A stretch of DNA of 26,740 nucleotides from Fidelibacterota bacterium (GCA_046861395.1 JBHHUC010000026.1:1-26740); one strand, 5' to 3'. Shown: positions 1 through 9,898, numbered from the stretch's first letter. Translations and numbers: made by a program. The notes: generated by a model not told the origin, from the sequence alone.

Positions 1-23
1 CTAGAATTTTTTCCGGAAAAAAA

Positions 24-178
24 CGATTCCGTAGGAATCGAATGTCTATAGCAAACGATAAGGGAAGAAACCCAAACGCCGTAGGTGTTGCACACAAAAA
101 GATGAATTGGATAATGATAAATGACTTGATTGATGGGTTTGGGTGATCGAGTGGCTATAGACATGTAACCTCTACAGG
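24..178 (-). repeat. Dispersed copy of the multi-hairpin REP/REPIN-like unit, inverted relative to the 23959-25085 array
   Basis: CGATTCC-GTA-GGAATCG (24-40) + AATGTCTATAGCAAA, AACGCC-GTA-GGTGTT (75-89) and GCTATAGACATGTAACCTCTAC (154-175) are reverse complements of the array modules. One internal hairpin is missing. Confidence 0.85.
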
Positions 179-235
179 ATGATTGAATGTGATCTTTCCC
201 CGGCCTGTGTTACCGGCCTTTCTCCCGAACATTCC

Positions 236-264
236 TTGAGTCCCTGATTTTCTGCGTGTAACTT
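236..264 (+). promoter_or_regulatory. Possible sigma70 promoter for rpsU
   Basis: TTGAGT (236-241), 17-nt spacer, TAACTT (259-264). Motif match only. Confidence 0.35.
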
Positions 265-319
265 TCTGGGCTTTATACAGCATCTTCAGACTTAAAAACC
301 ACCATAGGAGGTGATATAC

Positions 320-508
320 GTGGTAGAAGTAAACGTCAGAGATGGCGAAATGCTTGAACGGGCCTTGCGTCGTTTTAAGAAAAAATGGGAACGGGCCGGT
401 GTCCTGCGCGACATCAAAAAACGGGCCTTTTATACCAAGCCCAGTGACTTAAAACGGGACCAGGAAAAGAAAACCCGCCGGCGTCTGGCACGCCTGCGAC
501 CCCGGTAA
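320..508 (+). CDS. rpsU: 30S ribosomal protein S21
   Basis: LERALRRFKKK...GVLRDIKKRAFYTKPS S21 signature. AGGAGGT RBS at 306-312 favours GTG at 320 over 311. Confidence 0.95.
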   Translation: MVEVNVRDGEMLERALRRFKKKWERAGVLRDIKKRAFYTKPSDLKRDQEKKTRRRLARLRPR

Positions 509-525
509 AGTACCACATAGCTCTC

Positions 526-559
526 AGAGGTTTGAGTTTTCTCAGGCCTCTTTCTTTTT
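526..559 (+). terminator. Rho-independent terminator after rpsU
   Basis: AGAGGTTTGAG-TTTT-CTCAGGCCTCT stem-loop (with G-U pairs) followed by TTCTTTTT. Confidence 0.8.
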
Positions 560-606
560 AGGTCCATTGTTCATTCCCCCCTTAACTCCTTCATCGTAAC
601 AATCAT

Positions 607-1956
607 ATGATTATTCGCAGTATCTCCGGCGTCCGGGGCTTGACCGAATCCCACCTTACACCCCACGAAGCCGAACTTTATGCCCAGGCTGTGGATGACA
701 TGTTGCCCGCTGGCGTTATCATGATCGGACGGGATAGCCGACCTTCCGGCCAGGTATTGCAGGATGCCATCGTAGGCCGTCTCAATCTCCGCGGCCGCCA
801 TGTCATCGTCTGCGGTATCGTTCCCACACCCACCATTCAGTTCATGGTGGAAAACACCGAAGCCGCCGGAGGCATTATCATTACCGCTAGTCACAATCCT
901 GCCGAATGGAACGGACTGAAATTTGTCCGTGGCGACGGCACCTTCTTTTTACCTGCCGAATGCAAAGCTTTGTTCCATAACGTGGACCGGCTGGAATCGC
1001 TGGAAGGGGGAGGAGGGGAGTCCACTCCCATGATCTGGCAGGAAAACAATGCCAATCAAAAGCATGTTCTCAAGGTCCTCAGTCTGTCCTGCCTGGATAT
1101 CAACCGGATACGTTCCCGGAAATTCCGAGTCGTGATTGATGCAGTCAACGGCGCCGGGTCGGAGGCCCTGCCGCTAATGCTGGAATCTCTGGGCTGCAAA
1201 GTCGTGGAATTGAATTGTTCCGGGAATGGTGAATTCACCCGCGGCACGGAACCGTTGCCGGAGAATCTGACCGACCTATGCAAAACCATTACCCGCGAAA
1301 AAGCCGATGTGGGTTTTGCCGTCGATCCCGATGCAGATCGGCTGGCCGTAGTGGATGAAACCGGCCTTCCCCTGGGGGAAGAATATACATTAGTCCTGGC
1401 CGTGGACGGTTATATCCGCAATACAGGCCGCGAGGAAACATTTGTCACTAACCTGTCCACGTCCATGGCGCTGGACTGGCTGGCCCGGGATCATGGCTGT
1501 ACTGTAAAACGGACACCTGTTGGTGAAATCAATGTGGTGAAGAAGATGCAGGAAATTTCCGCCGAACTGGGTGGAGAAGGCAATGGCGGTGTTATCCTAA
1601 AGGAAGCCCACTTGGGTCGTGACAGTCTGGTAGCTGTCGCCATGGTGTTGAATCGCCTGGCCCAGGACGAGAACCCGATGAGTACAATCAAGGCTGGACT
1701 GCCTCAATTTGAAATTGTAAAAGGGAAGATCAATCTGGAACAGGTCTGTGTCGATGATACCATCTTGGAAGCCCAGAAAATCTTTGAACATGCCGAAATC
1801 AATACCATAGATGGCATAAAATTTTCCTGGGACGACCGCTGGATTCATCTGCGCCGGTCCAATACGGAGCCCATCATGCGCCTCTATGCCGAAGCACCAA
1901 CGGCCCGGGAGGCGGAAGATCTGATTCGTCAGGTAAAAGCCCTGATTCCGGCTTGA
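607..1956 (+). CDS. Alpha-D-phosphohexomutase (phosphoglucosamine mutase/PMM-PGM family)
   Basis: TASHNP phosphoserine loop, DPDADR metal loop, GGEGNGG sugar-binding loop, RRSNTEPIMRLYAE phosphate loop. Confidence 0.9.
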   Translation: MIIRSISGVRGLTESHLTPHEAELYAQAVDDMLPAGVIMIGRDSRPSGQVLQDAIVGRLNLRGRHVIVCGIVPTPTIQFMVENTEAAGGIIITASHNPAEWNGLKFVRGDGTFFLPAECKALFHNVDRLESLEGGGGESTPMIWQENNANQKHVLKVLSLSCLDINRIRSRKFRVVIDAVNGAGSEALPLMLESLGCKVVELNCSGNGEFTRGTEPLPENLTDLCKTITREKADVGFAVDPDADRLAVVDETGLPLGEEYTLVLAVDGYIRNTGREETFVTNLSTSMALDWLARDHGCTVKRTPVGEINVVKKMQEISAELGGEGNGGVILKEAHLGRDSLVAVAMVLNRLAQDENPMSTIKAGLPQFEIVKGKINLEQVCVDDTILEAQKIFEHAEINTIDGIKFSWDDRWIHLRRSNTEPIMRLYAEAPTAREAEDLIRQVKALIPA

Positions 1957-2043
1957 AACCTTTCCCCTGAACCTCGACGGGTATTTGTTTTGCCCCCTAT
2001 CCGATTTACGCCTAATATTTCCACAGACAAGGCCGACTGATTA

Positions 2044-3024
2044 ATGAAGAAAGCAATGGAAAACAACGTCCCGGACCCCGACCGTAATCCAGGCTTGCCA
2101 CTGGATGAGCCCTGGCTACGGCACGTTGCCGTCAACCGCAGTGCCGTGGAACGGCGCACCGCCACCTTAGTTCGTCGCCGGAGTATTAAGAAAGCCTGGC
2201 AAACGGCCTGGTATTTGAAAGCAATTTCCTGTATTGATCTGACCACCCTGGCCGGGGATGACACCCCAGAACGGGTCCTTCGCCTCTGCCGCAAAGCACT
2301 TAATCCCATCCGGCCCGATATTCTGGCCGCTTTGGGACTGGATGATTTTTCTCTCACCACGGCAGCCATTTGTGTCTATCATAATTTTGTTCCCGTAGCT
2401 GTCCGTGCTTTGGCCGGTAGCAATCTTCCGGTGGCAGCCGTCTCCACAGGATTTCCTGCCGGACAGATTTCCCGCGACAAAAAACTGGACCAAATTGCCG
2501 CCTCTGTGGCCGCTGGCGCTCGGGAAATTGATATTGTCATTCACCGTACCTTGGTCCTCACTGGCCAATGGAAAGAATTATATAAAGAAGTCGCCTTATT
2601 CCGAGAAGCATGTGGACCGGCCCACATGAAAACCATCCTATCCACTGGCGAATTGGCCACGTTGACCCAGGTGGCTCAGGCCAGTCTGGTCTGTATGATG
2701 GCCGGAGCCGATTTCATTAAAACCAGTACGGGAAAAGAAAAAATAAATGCCACCCTTCCGGTCAGTCTTGTCATGGTCCGGATGATCCGGGATTACGAAG
2801 AACGGACCGGCCTTAAGGTAGGCTTTAAACCGGCTGGAGGTATCAGTACTGCCAAGGACGCCATTCAATGGTTGATTTTAATCAAGGAAGAGTTGGGTTC
2901 CACCTGGTTGACCCCCGAATATTTTCGCTTTGGTGCTTCCAGTTTACTGGGAGACCTGGAACGGCAACTGGAACATCAGGCCACCGGTCGTTATTCGGCC
3001 GCCTGGCGACATCCCCTGGGATAA
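2044..3024 (+). CDS. deoC: Deoxyribose-phosphate aldolase (long, DERA-like type)
   Basis: IDLTTLAGDDT, AVSTGFPAGQ, GAREIDIV, GADFIKTSTGK (Schiff-base Lys), GFKPAGGI, RFGASSLL. Confidence 0.95.
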   Translation: MKKAMENNVPDPDRNPGLPLDEPWLRHVAVNRSAVERRTATLVRRRSIKKAWQTAWYLKAISCIDLTTLAGDDTPERVLRLCRKALNPIRPDILAALGLDDFSLTTAAICVYHNFVPVAVRALAGSNLPVAAVSTGFPAGQISRDKKLDQIAASVAAGAREIDIVIHRTLVLTGQWKELYKEVALFREACGPAHMKTILSTGELATLTQVAQASLVCMMAGADFIKTSTGKEKINATLPVSLVMVRMIRDYEERTGLKVGFKPAGGISTAKDAIQWLILIKEELGSTWLTPEYFRFGASSLLGDLERQLEHQATGRYSAAWRHPLG

Positions 3025-3046
3025 ACGGCGGTAAAGAGGAGTGTCT

Positions 3047-5428
3047 ATGAATATTAAAGACCTGTATATGACCATGCATTATGGACCCGCTCCTGAGAGT
3101 CCGGCTTCGGCCGCAGAGTGGCTGGACGGGCATGATCGCCGGATGAAATTGTTCATCGGCGGGGAATGGCTGGCCCCACAAAGTGATCAATGGTTCGACA
3201 CCGTCAATCCCGCCACGGAAGAGGTCCTGGCATCGATTCCAGCTGCCGGAGCAGAGGATGTGGACCGGGCAGTCGCCGCTGCTCGCCAAGCGCAACCGGC
3301 CTGGGCCGGATTGCCCGGTTATGACCGCGCCCGTCATCTCTATGCCTTAGCCCGGCAAATTCAGAAACATTCCCGCCTCTTCGCCGTCCTGGAAACGCTG
3401 GACAATGGCAAACCAATCCGTGAATCCCGCGATATTGATATTCCCCTGGTCATTCGTCATTTTTATCATCATGCCGGCTGGGCCCAACTGATGGGCCGGG
3501 AGTTGAAGGACTATAAACCGGTAGGCGTGGTGGGGCAAATCATTCCCTGGAATTTCCCCCTCCTCATGCTGGCCTGGAAAATTGCGCCGGCCCTGGTTTG
3601 CGGAAATACAGTTGTATTGAAACCGGCTGAATTCACTTCCCTGACTGCCTTTCTCTTCGCCGAAATCTGCCAACTGGCCGGATTGCCGGCCGGCGTGGTA
3701 AATATCATCAGCGGTGGTGGACGGACCGGGGAAATTTTGGCCCGCCATGCCGATATTCAGAAAATTGCTTTTACCGGTTCCACCGCCGTGGGACGGATTC
3801 TTCGTCGCATCACTGCCGGCACCCAGAAAAAACTTTCCCTGGAACTGGGCGGGAAATCACCTTTTATCGTCTTTGACGACGCCGATCTGGACAGTGCCGT
3901 GGAAGGGGTAGTGGACGCCATCTGGTTCAACCAAGGGCAGGTCTGCTGTGCCGGGTCCCGTCTGCTGGTCCAGGAAAATATCGCCCCTGGTTTTTACCGT
4001 AAACTGAAAACTCGCATGAGGAAATTGAGAATCGGCGATCCTATGGACAAGGGCATGGACATGGGCGCCATTGTCGCTTCGGTTCAGTGGGACACCATCG
4101 ATACCCTGGTTCAACAGGGCAAAAAGGAGGGAACATTATGGCAACCGGACTGGGAACGTCCGGCCAAAGGTTATTTTTATCCTCCTACCCTCATTACCGA
4201 TGTTTCACCGGCCGCCACCGTGGCCCAGAAGGAAATCTTCGGCCCCGTCCTGGTAAGCATGACCTTCCGCACACCGCAGGAAGCAATAGCCCTGGCCAAT
4301 AATACACCCTACGGACTGGCCGCATCGGTGTGGAGCGAAAATATTAATCTGGCACTGGACCTGGCCCCGCAGATCAAGGCCGGGACGGTGTGGATCAATT
4401 GCACCAATATTTTCGATGCCGCTTCCGGGTTCGGGGGTTATCGCGAGTCGGGTTTTGGCCGGGAAGGCGGTCGAGAAGGCCTTTGGGAATATGTCAAACC
4501 GTCGTGGTTAGAGGGACTGCCAGAGGTGAAATCACAGGCTGGTCCGACCAAGGACTTACCTGTAGATCCGCCTGCCATCGATGAAACACCCAAACTTTAT
4601 ATCGGCGGGAAACAGGTGCGTCCTGATGGCGGATACAGTGATCCCGTTTATCGCTTCAGGCGCGGACAGGCTATAGCCCGGATCGGGGATGTGGGTCGGG
4701 GAAACCGGAAAGATATACGCAATGCCGTGGAAGCGGCGACGAAGGCAGCATCATGGTCCGTGTCTACCGCTCATCTGCGATCCCAGATTCTCTATTATAT
4801 TGGCGAAAATCTCCAGCGAAGGCGACAGGAATTCACCCACCGTCTGATATTGACTACGGGCAAGACGAAACACCAGGCGGAAAAAGAATTCGAACTCAGC
4901 CTGCAGCGTCTGTTCCTCTATGCCGGTTGGACCGATAAATATGAGGGCAATGTTCATCGTACGCCATTTCGCAACGTCACCTTGGCCATGCCGGAACCGT
5001 GGGGTACTGTGGGGATTGTATGTCCTGATGATTTTCCCCTGCTGGGTTTTATTTCCACCGTCATTCCGGCCATTAGTCAGGGCAACCGAATTATCGCCGT
5101 ACCGTCCCGCACTTTTCCCCTGACGGCCACCGATTTTTACCAGGTATTGGATACGTCCGATGTACCGGCCGGTGTCATCAACATTGTTACCGGTGATGCC
5201 GACGAGCTGGGGGCCGTCCTAGCCGCCCATGACGGCGTCAATGCTCTCTGGTATTTTGGGACGAGGGAAGGCTCTAAACGGATGGAAGAATTATCCGCCA
5301 GTAACATGAAACAAACCTGGGTGAATCACGGGCGGGCCTGGAATTGGCCTGATCCCTGTTGTGCCGGGGATTATTTCCTGCGTCAGGCTACTCAGGTCAA
5401 GAATATCTGGATTCCCTACGGCGTTTGA
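3047..5428 (+). CDS. Two-domain aldehyde dehydrogenase (ALDH16-like)
   Basis: IIPWNFP, LKPAE, FTGST, LELGGKSP (catalytic Glu), GQVCCAGSR (catalytic Cys), EIFGPV, then a second truncated ALDH domain (KLYIGGKQVRPDGGYS...KNIWIPYG). GAGGAG RBS favours ATG 3047 over GTG 3041. Confidence 0.92.
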   Translation: MNIKDLYMTMHYGPAPESPASAAEWLDGHDRRMKLFIGGEWLAPQSDQWFDTVNPATEEVLASIPAAGAEDVDRAVAAARQAQPAWAGLPGYDRARHLYALARQIQKHSRLFAVLETLDNGKPIRESRDIDIPLVIRHFYHHAGWAQLMGRELKDYKPVGVVGQIIPWNFPLLMLAWKIAPALVCGNTVVLKPAEFTSLTAFLFAEICQLAGLPAGVVNIISGGGRTGEILARHADIQKIAFTGSTAVGRILRRITAGTQKKLSLELGGKSPFIVFDDADLDSAVEGVVDAIWFNQGQVCCAGSRLLVQENIAPGFYRKLKTRMRKLRIGDPMDKGMDMGAIVASVQWDTIDTLVQQGKKEGTLWQPDWERPAKGYFYPPTLITDVSPAATVAQKEIFGPVLVSMTFRTPQEAIALANNTPYGLAASVWSENINLALDLAPQIKAGTVWINCTNIFDAASGFGGYRESGFGREGGREGLWEYVKPSWLEGLPEVKSQAGPTKDLPVDPPAIDETPKLYIGGKQVRPDGGYSDPVYRFRRGQAIARIGDVGRGNRKDIRNAVEAATKAASWSVSTAHLRSQILYYIGENLQRRRQEFTHRLILTTGKTKHQAEKEFELSLQRLFLYAGWTDKYEGNVHRTPFRNVTLAMPEPWGTVGIVCPDDFPLLGFISTVIPAISQGNRIIAVPSRTFPLTATDFYQVLDTSDVPAGVINIVTGDADELGAVLAAHDGVNALWYFGTREGSKRMEELSASNMKQTWVNHGRAWNWPDPCCAGDYFLRQATQVKNIWIPYGV

Positions 5429-7284
5429 TGGCGCAAGTCCGGCATAAAATCCTGCTAACCATTCTGCTCCTGGCAGGCTCTACTCTGTGTGCCGCGGGTA
5501 GTAAACCGGTTATGGAACGGGGTGTCCTGCGGCTGGGGGATTGGGACCTGGAACAGGATGGAATTCTGGACATTGTCGGGGAATGGGAATTTTACTGGCA
5601 ACGGTTCATTGCGCCGGAGCAATTCAACGTGAATCATCTCATCGTTCCCGACGGATTCATCAAAGCACCGGGGCCATGGAATGATTTCCAGGTTGGGACC
5701 CATCCCATTGGAGGACAGGGTTTCGCCACATATCACGGACGTCTCCGGGCGGACCAGTGGCCGGAAACCGTCAGTTTCAAATTTCAATCTCAGGCTACGG
5801 CCTACCGAGTGTTCATCAACGGCGATCTGGTGGCGGAAGTGGGCCGTGTCGGTCGTACCAGGGAATCGACGGTTCCCCGCTATGACCCCCGGACGATTTC
5901 CTACCATCCGACCACCAACCAACTGGATGTTGTGATTCAGGTATCCAATTTCCATCATCTCCAGGGCGGACTTTGGGATACCATTCTGCTGGGCGTGGAA
6001 CCCAATATTTTTGCCCATGATCGTAAGGAAGTGGCGGTGGCCATTCTCATCGCCGGGAGCCTGATTATTATGGGTTTGTTCTATCTGGCCATGTATCCCA
6101 TGTTTCGTTATGAACAATCCACCCTATTCCTGGGCTTGGTGAGTATCGTGCTGGGATTCCGGACCATGCTCACGGAAGAAATGACGATTCATCATTTCTT
6201 TCCGGCACTGTCCTGGTTTACAACCTTGCGCATGGAATATCTGACCCTGGTACTGGGAATTCCCTTTTTTATGTGGTATCAGTATGAAGTGTTCAAAAAG
6301 GATTATTCCCGCCGGATTCTTTTCATCGTCAGCGGAATCAGTCTCTTCTATGCCCTTCTGATACTGGGTACATCTACCCAGTACTTTACCGGATTGCTTA
6401 GCTATTATTTGCTTTTTGTACTGGCCTGCCTGGTCTATGCCATCGGCGTTACCTTCCGGGCTGTTCATCTGAACCGGGACGGGGCTACAGAATTTGCCAT
6501 CGGCCTCATCATCGTGGCCGTAGCATTCATCAACGATACCCTGAATGCTTTTGAAATTTTCACCACCGGATATTATACCTCCTTTGCCATTTTAATTTTC
6601 ATCATCGTGCAGGCCATCCTGCTGGCCCGTCGCTTTATTGCTACCTTTGAACTGGTGGATCAGCAAAATGTGGAATTGACCCGTCACCGGGAACAATTGG
6701 AACACATGGTCAAGGACCGGACTTCACGGCTGGAAGAAGTGAATAAACGGCTAAAGGAGTTGAGTGTCATCGATGCCCTGACCCGGATTCCCAATCGCCG
6801 CCGGTTGGATGAATACATGGCCAGTGAGTGGTCCCGGATGCGGCGGGACAAGGCACCCTTGTCCCTCATTATTTGCGATATCGATTTCTTTAAAAAATTC
6901 AATGATTTTTACGGACATCAAAAAGGGGATGATTGCCTGGAATTAGTGGCCCAGTCCCTCAATGAAACCGTCCACCGTCCGGGAGATCTGGTGGCCCGTT
7001 ACGGCGGAGAAGAATTCTGTGCCGTCTTGCCAAAAACCGATTTGGAGGGTGCCAGAATGATAGGAGAAGCCATGCGCAAGGCCATCGAAGATTTACATTA
7101 TGCCCACGAAAAATCCACCATCATACCGGTGGTCACCATTTCGGTGGGTGTGGCGACGGTTGTGCCCACCCTGGCCTACACCGTATCCGATCTGCTGGAG
7201 GCAGCAGACCAATGTCTCTATAAGGCCAAGGAGGAAGGCCGGAACCGGGTCTGTGCCGTGACCTTACCGGAACGGTCCACCTGA
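5428..7284 (+). CDS. Membrane sensor diguanylate cyclase (extracellular beta-sandwich + 7TM-DISM-type domain + GGDEF)
   Basis: Signal peptide, GEWEFYW...QVSNFHH sensor domain, ~7 hydrophobic segments, coiled coil, DALTRIPNRR, DIDFFK, RPGD I-site, GGEEF. The ATG at 5428 overlaps the ALDH stop (TGATG). Confidence 0.9.
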   Translation: MAQVRHKILLTILLLAGSTLCAAGSKPVMERGVLRLGDWDLEQDGILDIVGEWEFYWQRFIAPEQFNVNHLIVPDGFIKAPGPWNDFQVGTHPIGGQGFATYHGRLRADQWPETVSFKFQSQATAYRVFINGDLVAEVGRVGRTRESTVPRYDPRTISYHPTTNQLDVVIQVSNFHHLQGGLWDTILLGVEPNIFAHDRKEVAVAILIAGSLIIMGLFYLAMYPMFRYEQSTLFLGLVSIVLGFRTMLTEEMTIHHFFPALSWFTTLRMEYLTLVLGIPFFMWYQYEVFKKDYSRRILFIVSGISLFYALLILGTSTQYFTGLLSYYLLFVLACLVYAIGVTFRAVHLNRDGATEFAIGLIIVAVAFINDTLNAFEIFTTGYYTSFAILIFIIVQAILLARRFIATFELVDQQNVELTRHREQLEHMVKDRTSRLEEVNKRLKELSVIDALTRIPNRRRLDEYMASEWSRMRRDKAPLSLIICDIDFFKKFNDFYGHQKGDDCLELVAQSLNETVHRPGDLVARYGGEEFCAVLPKTDLEGARMIGEAMRKAIEDLHYAHEKSTIIPVVTISVGVATVVPTLAYTVSDLLEAADQCLYKAKEEGRNRVCAVTLPERST

Positions 7285-8699
7285 TGGAACCCTCTACCAC
7301 CCCCATCCGTAAGGGCGATGAAATCACACTGAACATTGATGCCCTAGCCTATGGCGGGCTGGGGATCGGTCGCCATGAAAATATGGTTGTTTTTGTGCGC
7401 CAGGGACTGCCCGGACAGACGGTGCGGGTTCTGATCTATAAGAAACGAAAAGGTTATGCCGAAGCCAGAATTCTGGCCGTGGAAAAGGAATCCCCGGCCC
7501 ATACCGATCCCATTTGCGAACATTTTCCCACCTGCGGCGGCTGCAAACACCAACATCTGGCTTATCCCGAACAACTGGAACAGAAACGCCAGCAAGTGGA
7601 GGATGCCTTTCAGCGTCTGGCCGGCATTTCTCCAGTGCCCATCGATCAGGTGGTGGGAGCCGATCCCATCTTCAACTACCGGAATAAAATGGAATTCACT
7701 GTCTCCAGCCGGCGCTGGTTCGAGAAAAAGGATGTAGGCCTGACCGCTGATCCCTTCGCGTTGGGATTGCATATTCCCGGTCGCTTTGACAAAATACTGG
7801 ATATTAATACTTGCCATATTCAACCGGAACCGGGCAATCGCATCATTCAGCTCATTCGCCGTACCGCTCTGGAGACAGGATTGAAACCTTACGATCCCAA
7901 AACCCATATCGGTTTTCTGCGCCATGTCATGCTGCGGTTCGGGGTTCGTACAGGTGATATCATGGTGAATCTGGTAACGTCCTATGAGAATACGGATTTG
8001 TTATCACCCATCGTGCAATGCCTGACGGCAGAAATGCCGGAAATCACGTCCATCATCAATAATGTGAACACGCGGAAGGCCGATGTGGCTTTCGGTGAAT
8101 ATGAAATTGTGTTGCACGGTTCTCCTGTCATTCGGGAAAAAATTGGTCCGCTGACTTTTGAGATTTCCGCTAATTCCTTTTTCCAGACCAATACCCGGCA
8201 GGGAGAAGTGCTATACAATATTGCCCTGGAGAAAGCGGCCTTGACGGGACAGGAAACAGTGTGGGACCTGTTTTGCGGAACAGGTAGTATTTCCCTCTTT
8301 CTGGCAGAGCAGGCCAAGGAAGTGTATGGTTTTGACATCATCCAGTCGGCCATTGAGGACGCCCTGCGTAACGCCATCGCCAACGATGTAAAAAACACAT
8401 ATTTTGTTCGGGCCAACCTGGACCATCATCTGAAGGGAACGAACCGCCACCAATATCCGCCGCCGGATGTCATTGTCCTGGACCCACCCCGGGCCGGTCT
8501 GCACGAGGACCTGGTGAAGTTGATTCCCAAGCTGGCACCGAAACGCATTGTCTATATTTCCTGCAATCCGGCCACCCAGGCCCGGGATGTGGCCCTGCTG
8601 CAAAAAAGGAGTTATAGGTTACGAGAGATTTCCGTGGTTGACATGTTTCCCCATACACCGCATATTGAAACGGTGGCGCAGCTCGAACCACTGCGGTAA
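7284..8699 (+). CDS. rlmD: 23S rRNA (uracil-1939-C5)-methyltransferase
   Basis: N-terminal TRAM domain, CxHxxxCGGC Fe-S motif, YRNKMEF, SFFQTN, DLFCGTG, LDPPRAG, YISCNPATQARD, DMFPHTPHIE. Confidence 0.93.
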   Translation: MEPSTTPIRKGDEITLNIDALAYGGLGIGRHENMVVFVRQGLPGQTVRVLIYKKRKGYAEARILAVEKESPAHTDPICEHFPTCGGCKHQHLAYPEQLEQKRQQVEDAFQRLAGISPVPIDQVVGADPIFNYRNKMEFTVSSRRWFEKKDVGLTADPFALGLHIPGRFDKILDINTCHIQPEPGNRIIQLIRRTALETGLKPYDPKTHIGFLRHVMLRFGVRTGDIMVNLVTSYENTDLLSPIVQCLTAEMPEITSIINNVNTRKADVAFGEYEIVLHGSPVIREKIGPLTFEISANSFFQTNTRQGEVLYNIALEKAALTGQETVWDLFCGTGSISLFLAEQAKEVYGFDIIQSAIEDALRNAIANDVKNTYFVRANLDHHLKGTNRHQYPPPDVIVLDPPRAGLHEDLVKLIPKLAPKRIVYISCNPATQARDVALLQKRSYRLREISVVDMFPHTPHIETVAQLEPLR

Positions 8700-8773
8700 T
8701 ATCGTTCTGATCCTCCCCATATTCTTTCATTCCTCACTACCAGAAACGGGCCATTGAGGTTAAATTTTTATCT

Positions 8774-9898
8774 ATGCGAATTTGGCTTAAATCATTAATT
8801 CGTAACCCGTTTTTTCAAATTGGTGCCGGCATATTCATTGTAATGATGGCGGGTGGCTTTGTGCTGCGCCTGGTGGAAACAGGTGAAATTTCAAAAGGCG
8901 AGAACCCTTTCTGGTGGGCGATTGTTACGATGACCACAGTGGGTTACGGTGATTTCTATCCAGTAACCCTGCCGGGCCGGGTCGTCGCCTTTTTGATCAT
9001 GTTCGCCGGTATTTCCCTTGTTTCCATGCTGACGGCTACCATTTCATCTATTTTTGTCGCGCAACGTATCCGGGAGGGAAAAGGTTTGGAAAATGTAACC
9101 ACGAAAAAGCATATAATTATTTGCGGCTGGAATGACAATGCCGATCAAATCATGGAATCCCTGGAATATCTGGTGGAAGAACGTTCCCTGGATGTAGTGC
9201 TGATCAACCAACTGGCCGAAGATCAGATCAGTCACATCCGGACCCATTTCCGCAAACTGGATATCCACTGGGTGGCTGGCGACTTTACTAATGAAACTAT
9301 TTTGGAACGGGCCAACCTATCCGAAGCGGCAGCCGTCATGATCATTCCCAATCTGATTGATACATCCATCACCAGTCCCGATGAAAAAACCATCCTGGCC
9401 ACTCTGACAATCAAGAGCATTGAACCGAACCTGCGCGTGGTGGCCTATATTACTGATCCGGGAAATATGACGCACCTGAAACGGGCCAATGCCGATGAAG
9501 TCGTCCTAAGCGATGATTTCAGTTCTTTCATGGTGGCGGCTCATGTGGTGGACCCGGGTATTCCGCAGGTAGTTGCCAAATTGATGGATAACCGGTCACC
9601 TTCGCGCTTTAAGCGGGTTCCCATTCCCTCGGAATTCGTGGGTAAGACATTCACCGATCTGTTTGATCATTTCCGCCGCACCAACCACTGGATACTGATT
9701 GGACTGTATTCGGAAGATGAAAACCTTGGAATCGGCGAAATCCTGTCTTCGGATACATCGGCCCTGGATGCCTTCATAGAACGCAAGTTGAAAGAAGGAG
9801 GCATTCCCCTGAGTGAAGAAAGCCGGGTATCGACAGTCATTAATCCGGACGATTCCTACCAAATCAAGGAAGGAGAAGGCGCCATTGTCATCCCCTGA
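8774..9898 (+). CDS. 2TM potassium channel with RCK/TrkA-N domain (MthK-like)
   Basis: WWAIVTMTTVGYGD selectivity filter, HIIICGW Rossmann start, LERANL..A, LKRANADEVV. Confidence 0.92.
   Translation: MRIWLKSLIRNPFFQIGAGIFIVMMAGGFVLRLVETGEISKGENPFWWAIVTMTTVGYGDFYPVTLPGRVVAFLIMFAGISLVSMLTATISSIFVAQRIREGKGLENVTTKKHIIICGWNDNADQIMESLEYLVEERSLDVVLINQLAEDQISHIRTHFRKLDIHWVAGDFTNETILERANLSEAAAVMIIPNLIDTSITSPDEKTILATLTIKSIEPNLRVVAYITDPGNMTHLKRANADEVVLSDDFSSFMVAAHVVDPGIPQVVAKLMDNRSPSRFKRVPIPSEFVGKTFTDLFDHFRRTNHWILIGLYSEDENLGIGEILSSDTSALDAFIERKLKEGGIPLSEESRVSTVINPDDSYQIKEGEGAIVIP

Noticed and set aside
5359..5427. Longer ORF-track starts for the diguanylate cyclase (5359), cNMP protein (9813) and DUF4139 (13031)
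   Set aside because: They overlap upstream genes extensively. The downstream starts at 5428, 9885 and 13100 have an RBS or stop-start coupling and, where relevant, put the signal peptide at the N-terminus.
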